A stretch of DNA of 64,000 bases from Octopus sinensis (taxonomy: Eukaryota). Shown in pieces: positions 13,671-26,161 of this stretch. Within the stretch, counting starts at the first letter, position 1. Every line of letters begins with the position of its first letter. The position numbers were made by a program, and so were the translations under genes. The DNA is taken from NCBI RefSeq assembly GCF_006345805.1, contig NC_043015.1:12276001-12340000 (forward strand), written 5' to 3'. A model generated the notes under the pieces. The model searched no databases. It was given only the letters and a program-made list of their open reading frames with translations, and was not told the origin of the DNA.

Positions 13671-13837
13671 AAACTATACTGCAGTGAATGCCATGAGAGA
13701 AACTCTCACATTGGCTTTTGGTGCAAAATGCACCAAACTCTTGTTTATCTCCCCCACTAGTGATATAAACGAGATTGCATTTTGCACCAAAAGCCAATAT
13801 GAGAGTTTCTCTCTTGGTGCCTACCACAGTATAGTTT
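13671..13837. repeat. Long near-perfect hairpin (foldback)
   Basis: 13695-13732 and 13776-13813 are inverted with 37/38 identity; there is an outer aaactatactg/cagtatagttt pair and an inner tcttgtttat/ataaacgaga pair. Confidence 0.85.
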
Positions 13838-13864
13838 AAGTGGGAATAATAATAATAATAACCA

Positions 13865-14400
13865 TCATCATCTTCGTTTAACGTCTGTTTTCCATGCTGG
13901 CATGGGTCGAACGGTTTAACTGAGGACTAGCAAGCCAGGAGACTGCCCCATGCTCCAATCTGATTTGGCAAGGTTTCTACAGCTGGATGCCCTTCCTAAC
14001 ACCAACCACTCCAAGAATATAGTAGGTGCTTTTTACATACTGCCAGCACAGGCGCCAGTCGGGCAGTACTGGCATCAACCAGGCTTGTTTGGTGCTTTTT
14101 ACATGCCACCGGCATGGGAGCCAGTCAGACAGCACTGGCAACGACCACACTCGAGTGGTGCTTTTTACATACCACCAGCATGGGAGCCAGTCAGGTAGTA
14201 CTAGCATTGGCCATGACAATGATTTCACTTGACTCAAGCACAGTATATTGCCCAATGATCGAATGGTACTCTAAAATGGGCTGGCTATGCGACACTGGCA
14301 TAGGCCACAGCTATGGTCTCATTTGGCTTGCTGGGTCTTCTCAAGCACAATATATCTCCAAAGGTCTTGGTCACATGTCATTGCCTCCGTGAGGGATAAA
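13865..14400 (-). mobile_element. RTE LINE 3' end/3'UTR
   Basis: catcatcatcttcgtttaacgtc tail, gctggatgcccttcctaac, subrepeats and the RT C-terminal end. Confidence 0.7.
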
Positions 14401-15119
14401 TATAACCTTATGAAAAGGCAATGGATTTTTAACATGATAATGATGATGGTTATTATCACTGTCACCGTCATGTCATGCTTGTACTCTTTTTTCATGGTTT
14501 TTGCTTCATATACTTCCAGTTGCCTGAATATAAAACACAGACTTTGGACAACTCAAAATATAAGGCAATGGAATAAATAGCACCCAAATTAGATTGTTTT
14601 AATCTTCTTTAAAATTAACAAGACATAATTAATATGTTATTAAGTTAAATATTCAGTTAGATAAGAAAAAGGAACAATATACATAATAAAATGTTTCTTT
14701 CTACAATTTAGAGAATTCGAATTTCTTGAGTAGAATCAATTTTAAAACCAACTTGTCCACCACGAAAATAAAAACGTTTTGGCTCCAGGATACAAATATA
14801 GTTTCCTATTTTCAGTTGGCTCCAGGAAAAATATGGGAAAGGATCAGGTTCTTTGTGACAAAATATTAGGATCATCATGCAACCATCAGTGTCCTAAAAT
14901 GAAGAAAATTTTATTGTTTTAATTTTAAAAAATGTGATTTAATACATTTATATAACAACTAGGTTCCAATAATAGCTGTATTGTATCCCCGCACCCATTC
15001 ACCTCATCCAATTCAGTCAAACACAAAATACATACTGTTAAACAAATGGAAAAAATCTATTATAGTCTTTAGGAATAAAACTTCAATTTTTATGCCTTTA
15101 CAATTTTGCTGTTGTATGG

Positions 15120-15710
15120 TTTCGATTTCACCTGTTGAGGCAAGTGAAATCGAAATCGAACCAAATTCAACAACTGGCACCCATGCCAACCTTCCTTCAT
15201 TGGACACTAAACTCTGCTTGCAAAGACCTGTTGGGACAAGTGAAATCGGAATTGAACCAAATGCCAGTGGAGCGCTAACAGCTCCATCCGAGCGGGATCA
15301 CTGCCAGAGCAGCTGTCTAGCTTCTGTGCCGGTGCCATGTAAAAAGCACCATTTGAGCGTGATTGTTACCAGCATCGCCTTACTGGCACTTGTGCTGGTA
15401 CTTGCTCGTGAACAAAACATTCGAGTGAGGTCATTGCCAGTGCCGCTGGCCTGACTTCTGTGCAAGGTGGCATATAAAAAACACTATTTGAGCATGGCCG
15501 TTGCCAGTACCGCCAGACTAGCCCTCATGACGGTGGCACATAAAAGCACCCACTACACTCTCAGAGTGGTTGGCGTTAGGAAGGGCATCCAGCCGTAGAA
15601 ATTCTGCCAGATCAGATTGGAGCCTGGTGCAGCCATCCGGTTCGCCAGTCCTCAGTCAAATCGTCCAACCCATGCTAGCATGGAAAGCAGACGTTAAATG
15701 ATGATGATGA
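15120..15710 (+). mobile_element. RTE LINE 3'UTR copy
   Basis: Same terminus as 9200-9605, ending atgatgatga. Confidence 0.75.
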
Positions 15711-16484
15711 CTACAAAATGCTTGATATCAATTACCTTCACTTAAGTTTTCGATTATATAGGGCTGCCATAGTGCTCTTAATAAACCTTAAAAATTCCTC
15801 TCAAAATCACTAAGTTTTAGTCTTGTACTCAACAACAAATTCAATATTACAGAATTTTCATAATAGCAAAGGTAAACAAATGTGTTGCTTGCTCTGTGGT
15901 ATACGTCCCACAATAGCTTCAACAAATCAAAGGTAATGATTTGTCATCATTATTATCATCATCATCCTTTAATGTGTTTTCCATGCTAGTATGGTTGGAT
16001 GGTTTGACCAGAGCTGGAGAGCTGCACCGGGTTCCAGTCTGATTTGGCTTGGTTTCTATGGCTGGATGCCCTCCCTAACACCAACCACTTTACAGTGTGT
16101 GCTGGGGGCTTTTAACATGTCACTGGCATGAGAGCTTGTATGTGGCCCAATCACAAGTGACTTTTACATGGCATTGGCACAATACTCTTGCAGGTCAATT
16201 CTCTTCTTCAGGGGACGTGGCCTTAACACTTCTGCTGAGGAGCACAGGTTTTCTTAAGTACTATCAGGAACCAAGTTTTTCAGTCTTTTGTCATCTCGTC
16301 TGAAAGGTTCAGCATAAATGTATGTGTGTGTGTGGGGGGGAATGGATGGATAGGTGGATGGATGGATGGGTGGATGGATGGATGGGTGGGTGGATGGATG
16401 GATGGATGGATGGATGGATGGATGAATGAATGAATGAATGAACGGACAGATTAACAGTAGCTCTAATAATATAAATATTATCGG

Positions 16485-17090
16485 ACACACACACACAGTG
16501 TATGTCTTTTGTATATATGCCAGTTTGCTGTGGAATAGCATCCTGGAAAAACTCCCTACATCAAACCAAGTGTTAAAGAACACCGAATGTCTGACAGGTG
16601 GGGGCGACTCACCCAGAGTGAATGAGAATGGTAGATACCAGTATTTCACTATCATTACAGTTCTTCCCAAGATGCTATCCCACAGCAAATTGGTGTATAA
16701 ACAAGACACATACATTGTCTATGTGTGACTGATAATGTTTACATTATTACAACTGCTTTTAATTTGAAACTTAATTTTGCTTCATATGTGCTAAGCCACA
16801 ATGCAACAGCAAATAGTCTTCATACTATTTGCATATATACCCCAGACGGGTGTTTCGGTTTGTTTCGAGGTGAATCAAGTAAATGATACTAAAGGGCTAT
16901 AACGGTAGCAAAATATTGATGTCTATTATTCTCGTTCGTGTTGAGCAAGTTGTCTTGCCAGTCTGGGACATTCAGTGTTCTTTAGCACATGGTGTCTTGT
17001 AGGGAGCTTTCCCTGGATCTCTGGATGCTATACCTCAGCAAATTGGCATATAAACAAAACATATTTGCTGTGTATGTGTGATTGATAATA
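16485..17090. repeat. Three copies of a ~70-bp motif (one inverted, two direct)
   Basis: gatgctatcccacagcaaattggtgtataaacaagac (about 16670), gatgctatacctcagcaaattggcatataaacaaaac (about 17025) and an inverted copy at about 16490-16560. Confidence 0.6.
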
Positions 17091-18883
17091 TATATATCAT
17101 TGATTATATATATATATATATATATACATACATATGTGTGTATTTATATATATACATATATACATACATACTTACATACCTACACATATGCATGCACACA
17201 TTAACATAATAAGTACAAGAGTTAAAATAAGCACCAAAGTTGATTTCTACAACTACAGCCTTCAAGGTGGTGCCCATTATGGCTACAGTGTAATGACTGA
17301 AAGAAAGAGAGGTCTAAAGACACACTTGTATAAGAGTCTCTTTATTTCATTTCCGAGTAACAATCATCTTTGGTTATTGTAGACAGATTTCACAGCTGCT
17401 CTAAGACAATTTAAAGATATCTAACCTACCAACTTCTCTATATCTCAGATGAGTACATCAAACGACTGTGTACCTCTTCACACCATATATCAATGCAAGG
17501 AACTACAGTATTCTCTTATCCTGGGCTGGCTGATGTTATTCAAAATACTCATCATTTAATGTATATTTTCAAGGGAGCACTACAACTCAACAAGTAAGAT
17601 TTCAACAAGTGCCACAACTCAGAAAGCACTTGCTGATTTGAGACATTTGTTATATTTATGGGGCTTGCTGAGTTGGGCCCTTGCTGAAATTAAAAAACTT
17701 GCTTAAGTCAGACTTGCACTGTCAGTGTTTACTAAGTTGTGGCACTCACTGAAATGTTACTTGTTAATTTTTATTTGCTGTGTTTGGGTGTAATCTATTT
17801 TCAATATATAATTTTGCCACTTATAACTTGTCTTGTTAATTCTGGCTGTTAATTGTTCCAATTCTTAAACTGAAGCTGATTCTTCTGGTGCCTTACCAAC
17901 AACACTTTTATCAACATAACAGGACTTTCCTTTCCTCCATTTCTCCCAATAAAGCAAGGAATCTTCCTCATTTTCTGCCTGCTTTACATCTAAATATATA
18001 ATATTTGTACTAGGTAAATCTCCTCCCAAACTATTTCTATTCCCATCCATCCTCACCCCCTTGGCACATGTGTGAGACATGAAACAGAGAAAGAAAAAGA
18101 AAAGTAAACAAGAGCTCTCAGTGAGTGCAAACCTCCACCAAGGCAACACCAATGTCCTTTCAATGATTAGTTGGAGATGATTTTTAAAATGAGAATATCT
18201 GAAACAAACTCGATTGCTCTCACAAGTGAGAATACTAAAAATGAACCCAACCACTCTCAAAAATTAAGTAAAAAAACAGGAAAAATAATCTAGAATCCTT
18301 GTCCAGTACTAGATCGATCCCCAAATCTAATCAGTTTGTGCCAGTCATGAGGCCAAACATCCCAGAGAGTTTCATCCGAATCCATTCAGTGGTTCTTGAG
18401 ATATCTTGTGCACAGACAAACAAACAAACACAGCTGAAAACAATACCTCCGCCTTCGCTAAAGCAGAGGTAATAAAGAGAAAAGAGACAGTTAAGATGTA
18501 CAATAATATACTCACTTCAATGAAAATACTTGGCCTAACTTCATCATGTCCTGGTTTTGAAATGTAAGCAACAAGAAGTGTATTTTCTGTCCATCTATTC
18601 CAGTGAAATTTCACTTCAACCTCAATAAATCTAGTAATTATATGATGCCAAGGAAAAAGCCCTTTTGCTAAGAGTAAACTTTTGACGTAACGAACTGAAA
18701 TAAAAGTTTAGTAATTGAGGTTATATGACAGAGAAAAATATTAATCATACAAGTAAAAATACCACCTGTTGAAATCAACATTTAAGAATAAAGATGGCAA
18801 TGTCAGCAGAAGGTCAAAATAAATGTTTTGTTTTAATTTGTTAAGTATGTCCTGTTCTAAGTTGAAATACCACTGACATTGGC

Positions 18884-18900
18884 TCACATTTCATCTTTCT
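18884..18900 (-). CDS. Probable terminal coding exon of the MYND-finger gene (E-K-D-E-M-stop), followed by a 3'UTR
   Basis: Acceptor ttttattccttttag|AG AAA GAT GAA ATG TGA; phase 1 matches the donor at 21303; CDS total 859+168+17=1044 nt; candidate AATAAA on minus near 17770. Confidence 0.4.
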
Positions 18901-18989
18901 CTAAAAGGAATAAAATATAAATCAGTATGTTCTGAAATTTATTAAACTATACTTTATTTCGTTTGCTTTGTTAAAAGAAATCATTCATC

Positions 18990-19100
18990 AATTCACCGAG
19001 GTGTTGGGTGATGCCTGTGATAGCACTTGGCTTTTCCAATGCCTTAGCCTCGCCATCACCCAAGGTAATGCTGTGAGCATGCTAGCTTGCTTCAGTAGGT
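18990..19100 (+). mobile_element. CRE-like (RLE-type) non-LTR retrotransposon C-terminal remnant
   Basis: EVLGDACDSTWLFQCLSLAITQGNAVSML resembles the LFQRLSxAxQRGNA terminal motif. Confidence 0.45.
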
Positions 19101-19879
19101 TCCATTGAACCTTGTGGTGTGTGACCAATTGAAGCACTTGGTGCTGCATTGATGATTCTTCTTTCTTTTTTTTTTTTGTCTTTCTTTTATAAAAACTATA
19201 TTAGATAAAATAAAGGCAAAATAATTGTTGAAAAAATCATCAATTTCGCCTTTGTATTTAAAAAATAAATCTCTTGAATTCATTAAGATGAGTGCTGGAA
19301 TAAGAAAAGATTTTTCTGTCATAATTCCATTCACATTCAGGATGTATTACAGGAATATAAACAGACACAAGTGCTTGGCTGTTACATTATTTTAATCAGC
19401 CTCAGAAGGGTGAAAGCAAAGTTGATCTTGGTAGGATTTAAATGCAAAGTATAGTGAAGAAGTTAAATGTTTTTTCTTTGCAATTTTGGCACAAGACCTA
19501 CAATTTTCAGAGGAGGGGGTAAGTAGATTACATCAACCCTAATACTTGACTGGAGTTGATGTATTACTGGTACTTATCTGATTGACACTGAAAGGATGAA
19601 AGGCCAAGTTGACCACAACAGAATTTCGACTTGGGATATTGAATCAGAAGAAATACCACAAAGCAATTCTGGAACCTTCCTATCTTAGTAGTTAAATATT
19701 GCGAAGTATTTTGTTTGACCCTCATTCATTTCTTCCAATACACAGTCTCGGTCTTTTGCTTTTCCACAAATAAATAAATAAAATCCACTAAGTTTAAAAA
19801 TCAAATATTAGTAATTATTTATGTATTTTTGTAGCTTACAAATATCACTGAATATAAAAAATATTCTTTTCTATTCTAA

Positions 19880-20065
19880 GCACAGGCCCGAAATTTTGGA
19901 GGGAGCCAGTTGATTAGATCGACCCCTGTATGCAACTAGTACTTAATTTATCGACCCCGAAAGGATGAAAGGCAAACTCGACCTCTGCGGTATTTGAACT
20001 CAGAATGTGAAGACAGACTAAGCATTTCGCCCACCATGCTAACTTTTCTGCCAGCTCACCACCTT
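19880..20065 (-). mobile_element. SINE family 1
   Basis: atcgaccccgaaaggatgaaaggcaaactcgacc core, reverse orientation. Confidence 0.7.
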
Positions 20066-20129
20066 GAATATAAAAAATATTGTCAGATATATGTTAGAGA
20101 GATCAATATGTCATTGTAGATATATATAA

Positions 20130-20420
20130 CAACACTGAACACCTTTTTGATCTCCATGTGTCTAACACATGTGGACATGCCCACAAAGTCAGAAAACAAC
20201 ACAGCTCCCATGACTTTCGGAAACATTTCTTCACACTCAGAGTTGCTGAAGCATGGAATAAACTGCCTGCGTCAGTTGTTGACTGCCATGACACTGCATC
20301 CTTTAAGGCCCTCATGCTTTCCGAAATCCGTCGAAACTACACCTGATTATATATGCACTTTCGATGAGTTGTAGTGCACCTGAGCACTGTACACAATGTT
20401 TATTATTATTATTATTATTA
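20130..20420 (+). mobile_element. CR1-clade LINE 3' end with (TTA)n tail
   Basis: CGHAHKVRKQHSSHDFRKHFFTLRVAEAWNKLPASVVDCHDTASFK, then tattattattatta. Confidence 0.8.
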
Positions 20421-20519
20421 TAGTGGTTAATGAATGATGAAAGAATAATTGGGAATTAATTTGGCCTCAGAAGATCAAGACTCAGTTAACCTATGGGAAC
20501 ATATAAAAAATAATGTTAA

Positions 20520-20760
20520 GCTAAAGATTGGTGACCCTGTGGTAGTGATGCCAAGTAAAAAGCACTAGTGCTAGTGCAGCATAAAATGCACTCAGTGCAC
20601 TTTGTAAAGTGGTTGGCATTAGGAAGGGCGTCCAGCCATAGAAACCATGCCGAAGCAGACAATGAAGTCTAGTATAGCTCCCAGCCTTGCCAGCTCCTGT
20701 CAAACCGTCCAACCCATGCCAGCACGAAAAATAGACGTTAGATGTTAAATGATGATGATG
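20520..20760 (+). mobile_element. RTE LINE 3'UTR fragment
   Basis: gtggttggcattaggaagggcgtccagcc...aaccgtccaacccatgcc...atgatgatg. Confidence 0.6.
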
Positions 20761-21302
20761 AATAATAATCTACTAGTATCTATTTAGTATTCAGTATGAA
20801 GGGTGAAGTGAGAGAATTAACAGAAAGTAAGAATAAATGCCCTTCTATATTTAGTTCCGTCCATGTGTTCTGAACTCAAATACAACTTGTGATAAACCTG
20901 CCTTTCATTCATCTTGGATCAATCAACTAAATACCAGTAATATACTGTGAGAGATTCAATTTATTATGACATTCCCTTACAAATTAGCGACTTTGAGCCT
21001 ACATGATAAATTAATAAATTTAAGATATTCAGTTTTTAAAATATGTTGTTTATTCCAACAGTATTTTAACCCTTTTGTTACTAACCCGGCCAAAACTGGC
21101 TCTGGCTCTGTGGTAAAATATCTTGTTTTCATAAGTTTTGAATTAAAATCTTCCACCAAGTCCACAATTTATGTTCCTAACACTAGCTGAATGATACCTA
21201 AATTGTTTTACTAAATTCTTTCTTATATTTAAAATGGTTGAAAGAAACACAGAGCATCTCAAAATAAATACAGTAATGAAAGGGTTAAAGTATAGAACTT
21301 AC

Positions 21303-21470
21303 CTTGACTTCTTGAAAGTGAGGTATTTAAACTGTTAGGAGATTTACAGAATTTTTTGTGAAGTTGCCTTGCAGATATTTGACAAGGTTTTGAGCAATAT
21401 TTTGCAATTTTGCACTGGCTACATGTCATTAGATTTTCACTAAAACTTCCACAGTTTTCACATCTTACAG
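21303..21470 (-). CDS. Internal coding exon of the MYND-finger gene (third MYND finger)
   Basis: Acceptor ggtttttgaag|CT, donor CAAG|gtaagt, phase 1-1, 168 nt; encodes CENCGSFSENLMTCSQCKIAKYCSKPCQISARQLHKKFC (C4-C2HC). Confidence 0.85.
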
Positions 21471-22289
21471 CTTCAAAAACCAAGGAGTCATACAGTATAT
21501 GTAAATAAAAGATACATAAACATATATGTGTGTTTTTTAAAAAAAAGAGCTCATGAAAATAAGAAAACAAAATATTTATATAGAAAATCAGATGCAGTTA
21601 CATAATTATCTTCATGCCTTCCTTACACGGAAAAAAAAACATGGATTAAATTCTTTAGTTTAATCAGGTGTTGGATATTAATTTTCTATTAGATTTCATT
21701 CCATATTTAGTTTCATCTCTAAATGTTCCTACCTTAAATGCAGTCAGGGCTAACTGACTTCCATCCTTCTGGGATTAATAACATAAGTATCAGTAATATA
21801 GTGCTGGTAATTCAAAAGACTATAATTTTCCCTCACAAAATACTGGCCTAGAGCTAATGGAATCAATGATTAAAAATAAACAATTAACTTTTTTCTCATA
21901 AAGACATGGCCATGTGGTAAGAGGTTTCCTTCTCAACCACACAGTTGTGGATCAGTTCCACTGCATGGCACCTGGGGCAAGTGAGTTCTCCTTTAGCTCC
22001 AGACCAACCAAAGCCTTGAGTGGATTATTTGGCAGGCAGAAAGTGAAAAAAGCTCATCACACACACACACACATACATACATACATACATAATATATATG
22101 TGGGTGTGTGTGTGTGTATAGAAAACAAAAAACAGAGATAGGTGAAGGAATAACAAACGAGTGCATTAGTTTGAGGTTTGGTAAAAATGGAAAAAGTCTT
22201 TGATGGTTCAAGCCTATACTCTTCAACAGAAAAGGATGAGAAAGGAAAAAATTGAGAAAGAGAAATATACACACATATATATATATACA

Positions 22290-23505
22290 TGGTGCAGTGA
22301 ATAAATTGTCGTCTAAATTACACAAAAATGAAAATACCACTGACATCTCATTTTAACAGATATATTTACCAAATTTACATAAAAATATCTTGAAATACTA
22401 AAGAGTAAATTTATTTAATAAAATCACAATTAGCTTCAACCACAGCCTCCAAACGATTTCAGAATCTTCTATAACTCTTCTGGATGGTCTCCTTGTTTAA
22501 GTTGGTGAATGCTGCCATAATCCTTGCCTTTAGTTCATCTTTGGTGTTACAAGGAGTTTTATTGGTATCTCACTCACCTGTGTCCCACACATAATAATCA
22601 AGAGGGTTGCAGTCTGGGGAGTTATGTGGCCAGATGTTAGGGATGATGTGGTCACAGAAATTGTCTGACAACCATGACTAGGTTCTCCTGCTTGTATGGC
22701 ATGGTGCAGAATTCTGTTGCCAGTCATAGGATCTTCCAGCAACCACCCTCTTGACCTAGGGCAGCACTACCTCTTCCAGGCATTTGATGTAGGCCTCTGT
22801 GTTGAGTCTGAGGCCATGTGAGAAGATGAATGGAGGCATAACATTACCATCAGTGGTGGTCACTCCAAATACCATGATGTTGCCTGGATGTTTGATTTTT
22901 ATCACTCTCGATACATGTTTTGGAGACACAGCAAGCCAAATATTGTTCTGTGTGTTCACCGTCTGATCCTGGCAGAAATTTTTTTCATCTGAGAAAAACC
23001 AAAGCATGTTCGGTTGGAGGAGATGCTTGAGTTTGTTCAAAAGCTTCATAGCACGGTCTTTCCTCTTATCCTTGGTAGCTTGGGAGAAAGATTGGCCCTT
23101 TCTCATCTTGTATGAGGAATACCAAATGTCTTCATACTCTACCTGCCTAGCAAGAAACTCAGGCACTCCCATATCCCTGTCAATGGACCTGATTGACTTG
23201 GAGGAATTATTGTCAATCATCGCCTGGATCTTACCAATAAATTCAGGAATTCTTTTCTTATGAGAATGATCAGAGTGAGTTTTCCAAGCTGCTATACCTT
23301 TGTAATCACTATTAGACTCGTCCAACTCTTTCTGAATCCTCTGCACTGTCCTCAGATCGGCACTCAAATACTCTGAAATGTTCGTATTGGAGCTTCCAGC
23401 AGGAATTCTAAGCAGTACATGTCGTTTCCAAATTTCTGGCAGAATGAATGCAAGGTGCTGTTTTTCTCACAGATGGTGCCCAACTGACCCTACTATACTG
23501 TATAG
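22290..23505 (-). mobile_element. Decayed maT (DD37D) Tc1/mariner-superfamily transposon
   Basis: WFFSDEK, WQQ(N)SAPCH and WPHNSPDCNPLDYYVW motifs; 37 residues counted between the second (D>N) and third catalytic positions; several in-frame stops. Confidence 0.9.
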
Positions 23506-23506
23506 T

Positions 23507-23559
<53 letters not shown>

Positions 23560-23907
23560 ATATATATATATATATATAAGAGAGATGACAAAGGGAAAAA
23601 TGATTATCGTATGAACTTCATTAGGTTACAGACATTTCTGCTATAAGATGCAGTGGACTCATAGTTGAGTGCTGAATAACATCCTATAGCTTCACCTGAA
23701 ATATGAAGTACTATTTATTTGGGAAAGAATTACATTTGCACCTATATAGAGAATGCCATCAACAATGAGAAAAGTCAATACAGATGTATATAAGATATAT
23801 ATACCGGAGTAAACACATAAATGTGAAACAAGGTGGAAAAAGGAGTACTCAAATACCAGTGGTAGAGTAATATGCTTTATTTAAAGCAGCAGAAAATTCA
23901 ACAAAAC

Positions 23908-23945
23908 CTGTTACTCTGAGTTTCACGTTCCCGTTCGTCGGACAG
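23908..23945 (-). ncRNA. Minimal type I hammerhead ribozyme (U4C core variant)
   Basis: Exact reverse complement of the motif at 24077-24114. Confidence 0.7.
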
Positions 23946-24076
23946 TTTTTGAAATATCTGACTCTATGAAGTAAACAAGTGATTATCCAATCAATACTTG
24001 GAATTCAAAATAAAGTTTATGTTGGAATTAATGTTCAACGCCACTTCATTTAACACAATACTAAAATTAGCAAAAA

Positions 24077-24114
24077 CTGTCCGACGAACGGGAACGTGAA
24101 ACTCAGAGTAACAG
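24077..24114 (+). ncRNA. Minimal type I hammerhead ribozyme (U4C core variant)
   Basis: CTGT-CCGACGA-ACGggaaCGT-GAA-ACTCaGAGT-A-ACAG: stem I CUGU/ACAG, stem II 3 bp, quasi-palindromic stem III, GUA triplet (cleavage after 24110). Confidence 0.7.
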
Positions 24115-24334
24115 GTTTTGTTGAATTTTCTGCTGCTTTAAATAAGATATATATATATATATATTTAAATAAAACAACCATAATATATTACATCAAACAA
24201 AATATTTTGAAATATCTGACTCTATGAAGTAAACAAGTGATTATCCAATCAATACTTGGAATTCAAAATAAAGTTTACGTCGGAATTAATGTTCAACGCC
24301 ACTTCATTTAACACAATACTAAAATTAGCAAAAA

Positions 24335-24372
24335 CTGTCCGACGAACGGGAACGTGAAACTCAGAGTAACAG
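24335..24372 (+). ncRNA. Minimal type I hammerhead ribozyme (U4C core variant), second tandem copy
   Basis: Identical to 24077-24114, 258 nt downstream. Confidence 0.7.
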
Positions 24373-24628
24373 GTTTTGTTGAATTTTCTGCTGCTTTAAA
24401 TAAGATATATATATATATATTTAAATAAAATAACCATAATATATTACATCAAACAAAATATTTTGAAATATCTGACTCTATGAAGTAAACAAGTGATTAT
24501 CCAATCAATACTTGGCATTCAAAATAAAGTTTACGTCGGAATTAATGTTCAACACTACTTCATTTAACACAATACTAAAATTAACATAAAACTCAAATCA
24601 GTTCAATCTAAAAGGATATTACAGTGAA

Positions 24629-24712
24629 GACCTTGATGAAACCATACCGGTATTATAGCAGAGTTGCAACTGCAACACTTACTAACTAATGTAGTGGAAA
24701 CATATGTTGGTC
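24629..24712 (+). ncRNA. Degenerate hammerhead-like motif
   Basis: GACC-TTGATGA-(long, poorly paired stem II)-GAA-ACATATGT-T-GGTC; palindromic stem III, 4-bp stem I. Confidence 0.35.
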
Positions 24713-24820
24713 GATATTTAAATCAAAATGTAAATTGAAATTTCTGAAATGCTATTTCATCTTACTCATTATTATTTATATAAAAAATGTGTGTGTGTGT
24801 GTGTATATAAACATATATGC

Positions 24821-24853
<33 letters not shown>

Positions 24854-24870
24854 TCTATGTTTGTCTATAT

Positions 24871-25089
24871 CAGTGGTTTTCAACCAGGGTTCCGCGGAAC
24901 CTTGGGGTTCCGCCAGTACAGTCCAGGGGTTCCGCAAGAAGTTACAAAACTGCTAAAATCGGCAGTAATTTTTAATTCTCCTGTGCAGATATGTGTGCAT
25001 AAAACTATTAAATTATTGCACAGGGGTTCCTCGAGCCAGTGGAATGTTTCCTTGGGGTTCCGCTCCAGTAAAATGTTTGAAAAGTACTG
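24871..25089. mobile_element. hAT (Charlie-like) MITE, 219 bp
   Basis: CAG...CTG termini (cagtggttttcaac / tttgaaaagtactg); exact 8-bp TSD gtctatat at 24863-24870 and 25090-25097. Confidence 0.85.
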
Positions 25090-25311
25090 GTCTATATATA
25101 CATGAGCAATGTAGCTAGTACTAAAAATCTCTAAATGAGATATAAGTAGTACCAATAATAGACAGTAACGTTTTTTTTGCCACTATAACATGGCTGTTCT
25201 ATAAAGAATTATGTTACTACATTTTAACCGCAGGAAAAACGTCTTTTCCAGCTGGTTAATGACACACAACCTGTGTCCACACACACATACATGTATATAC
25301 ATAACTATATA

Positions 25312-25344
<33 letters not shown>

Positions 25345-25348
<4 letters not shown>

Positions 25349-26123
25349 TAATAGCTGGTGAAGGCCGGTTTATAGGGCTTCCCTGGGTTTCTCACCATAA
25401 AGAGTAATTTTATGGTGTATCTTCAGACACTAAGACCTGATGGCCTATGACCTTTTTAAAATATGGCGGGGGAAATGATACTGATATAAACAGTGGGACT
25501 TATCGCCTCCTGGAGCTAGTCATCAGTTTCCAGCTGTGTCGTCTTCCTTCAGTCACGCCACCTGTCAGCTATGAGGGTAAAAGGTAGGGGGTTATCCCCT
25601 ACTCTCATCAGCAACCAATTTCCAGCTGTGGTGTAATTATCACTATTATGTGGTCCCCAAAACGCTAACAAGAAACAACATAATAGCGATAATAGCGCCT
25701 ATTAGCGATAATTGCACCACAGCTGGAAGTTGATTGCTGATGAGAATAAGGGATAACCCCCTACCTTTTACCCTCATAGCCGACAGGTGGTGTGACTGAA
25801 GGAGGACAACACAGCCAAAAACTGATAACCAGTTCCAAGGGGACATAATTACCACTGTTTATATCTGTATCATTTCTCCCTCTATATTTCAAAGAGGTCA
25901 TAAGCCATCAGGTCTTAGGGTCTGAAGGTACACCATAAAGGTACCCCTTATGGTGAGAAACCCAGGGTAACGCTACAAACCAGTCTTCACCAGTAATTAA
26001 TATAGACTGCTTTTCTTTTTAGAGTGGGCTTCTATTCTGGATTTATGTTTTTCTAAAAAAAACGATTATATATATATATTTATTAGTGGGTGAACAATCC
26101 AACGCTTTGCGAATTCTGCTTCG

Positions 26124-26161
<38 letters not shown>

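Larger units (their letters stand above)
23790..24600. repeat. Penelope-type pLTR-like array: about 2.5 tandem units of 256-258 bp plus an inverted partial unit
   Basis: gaaatatctgactc recurs at 23951, 24209 and 24465; 23878-23950 is the reverse complement of part of the unit. Confidence 0.85.

Noticed and set aside
17865-18260. 131-aa ORF with a polypyrimidine tract and AG near 18061, as the next MYND exon
   Set aside because: The acceptor is phase 0 but the upstream donor is phase 1; in the matching phase it stops after 7 codons. No recognisable domain; more likely 3'UTR
25735-25835. CTGATGA and CTGAAGG motifs in the 375-bp repeat as hammerheads
   Set aside because: No consistent stem I/II or GAAA could be built
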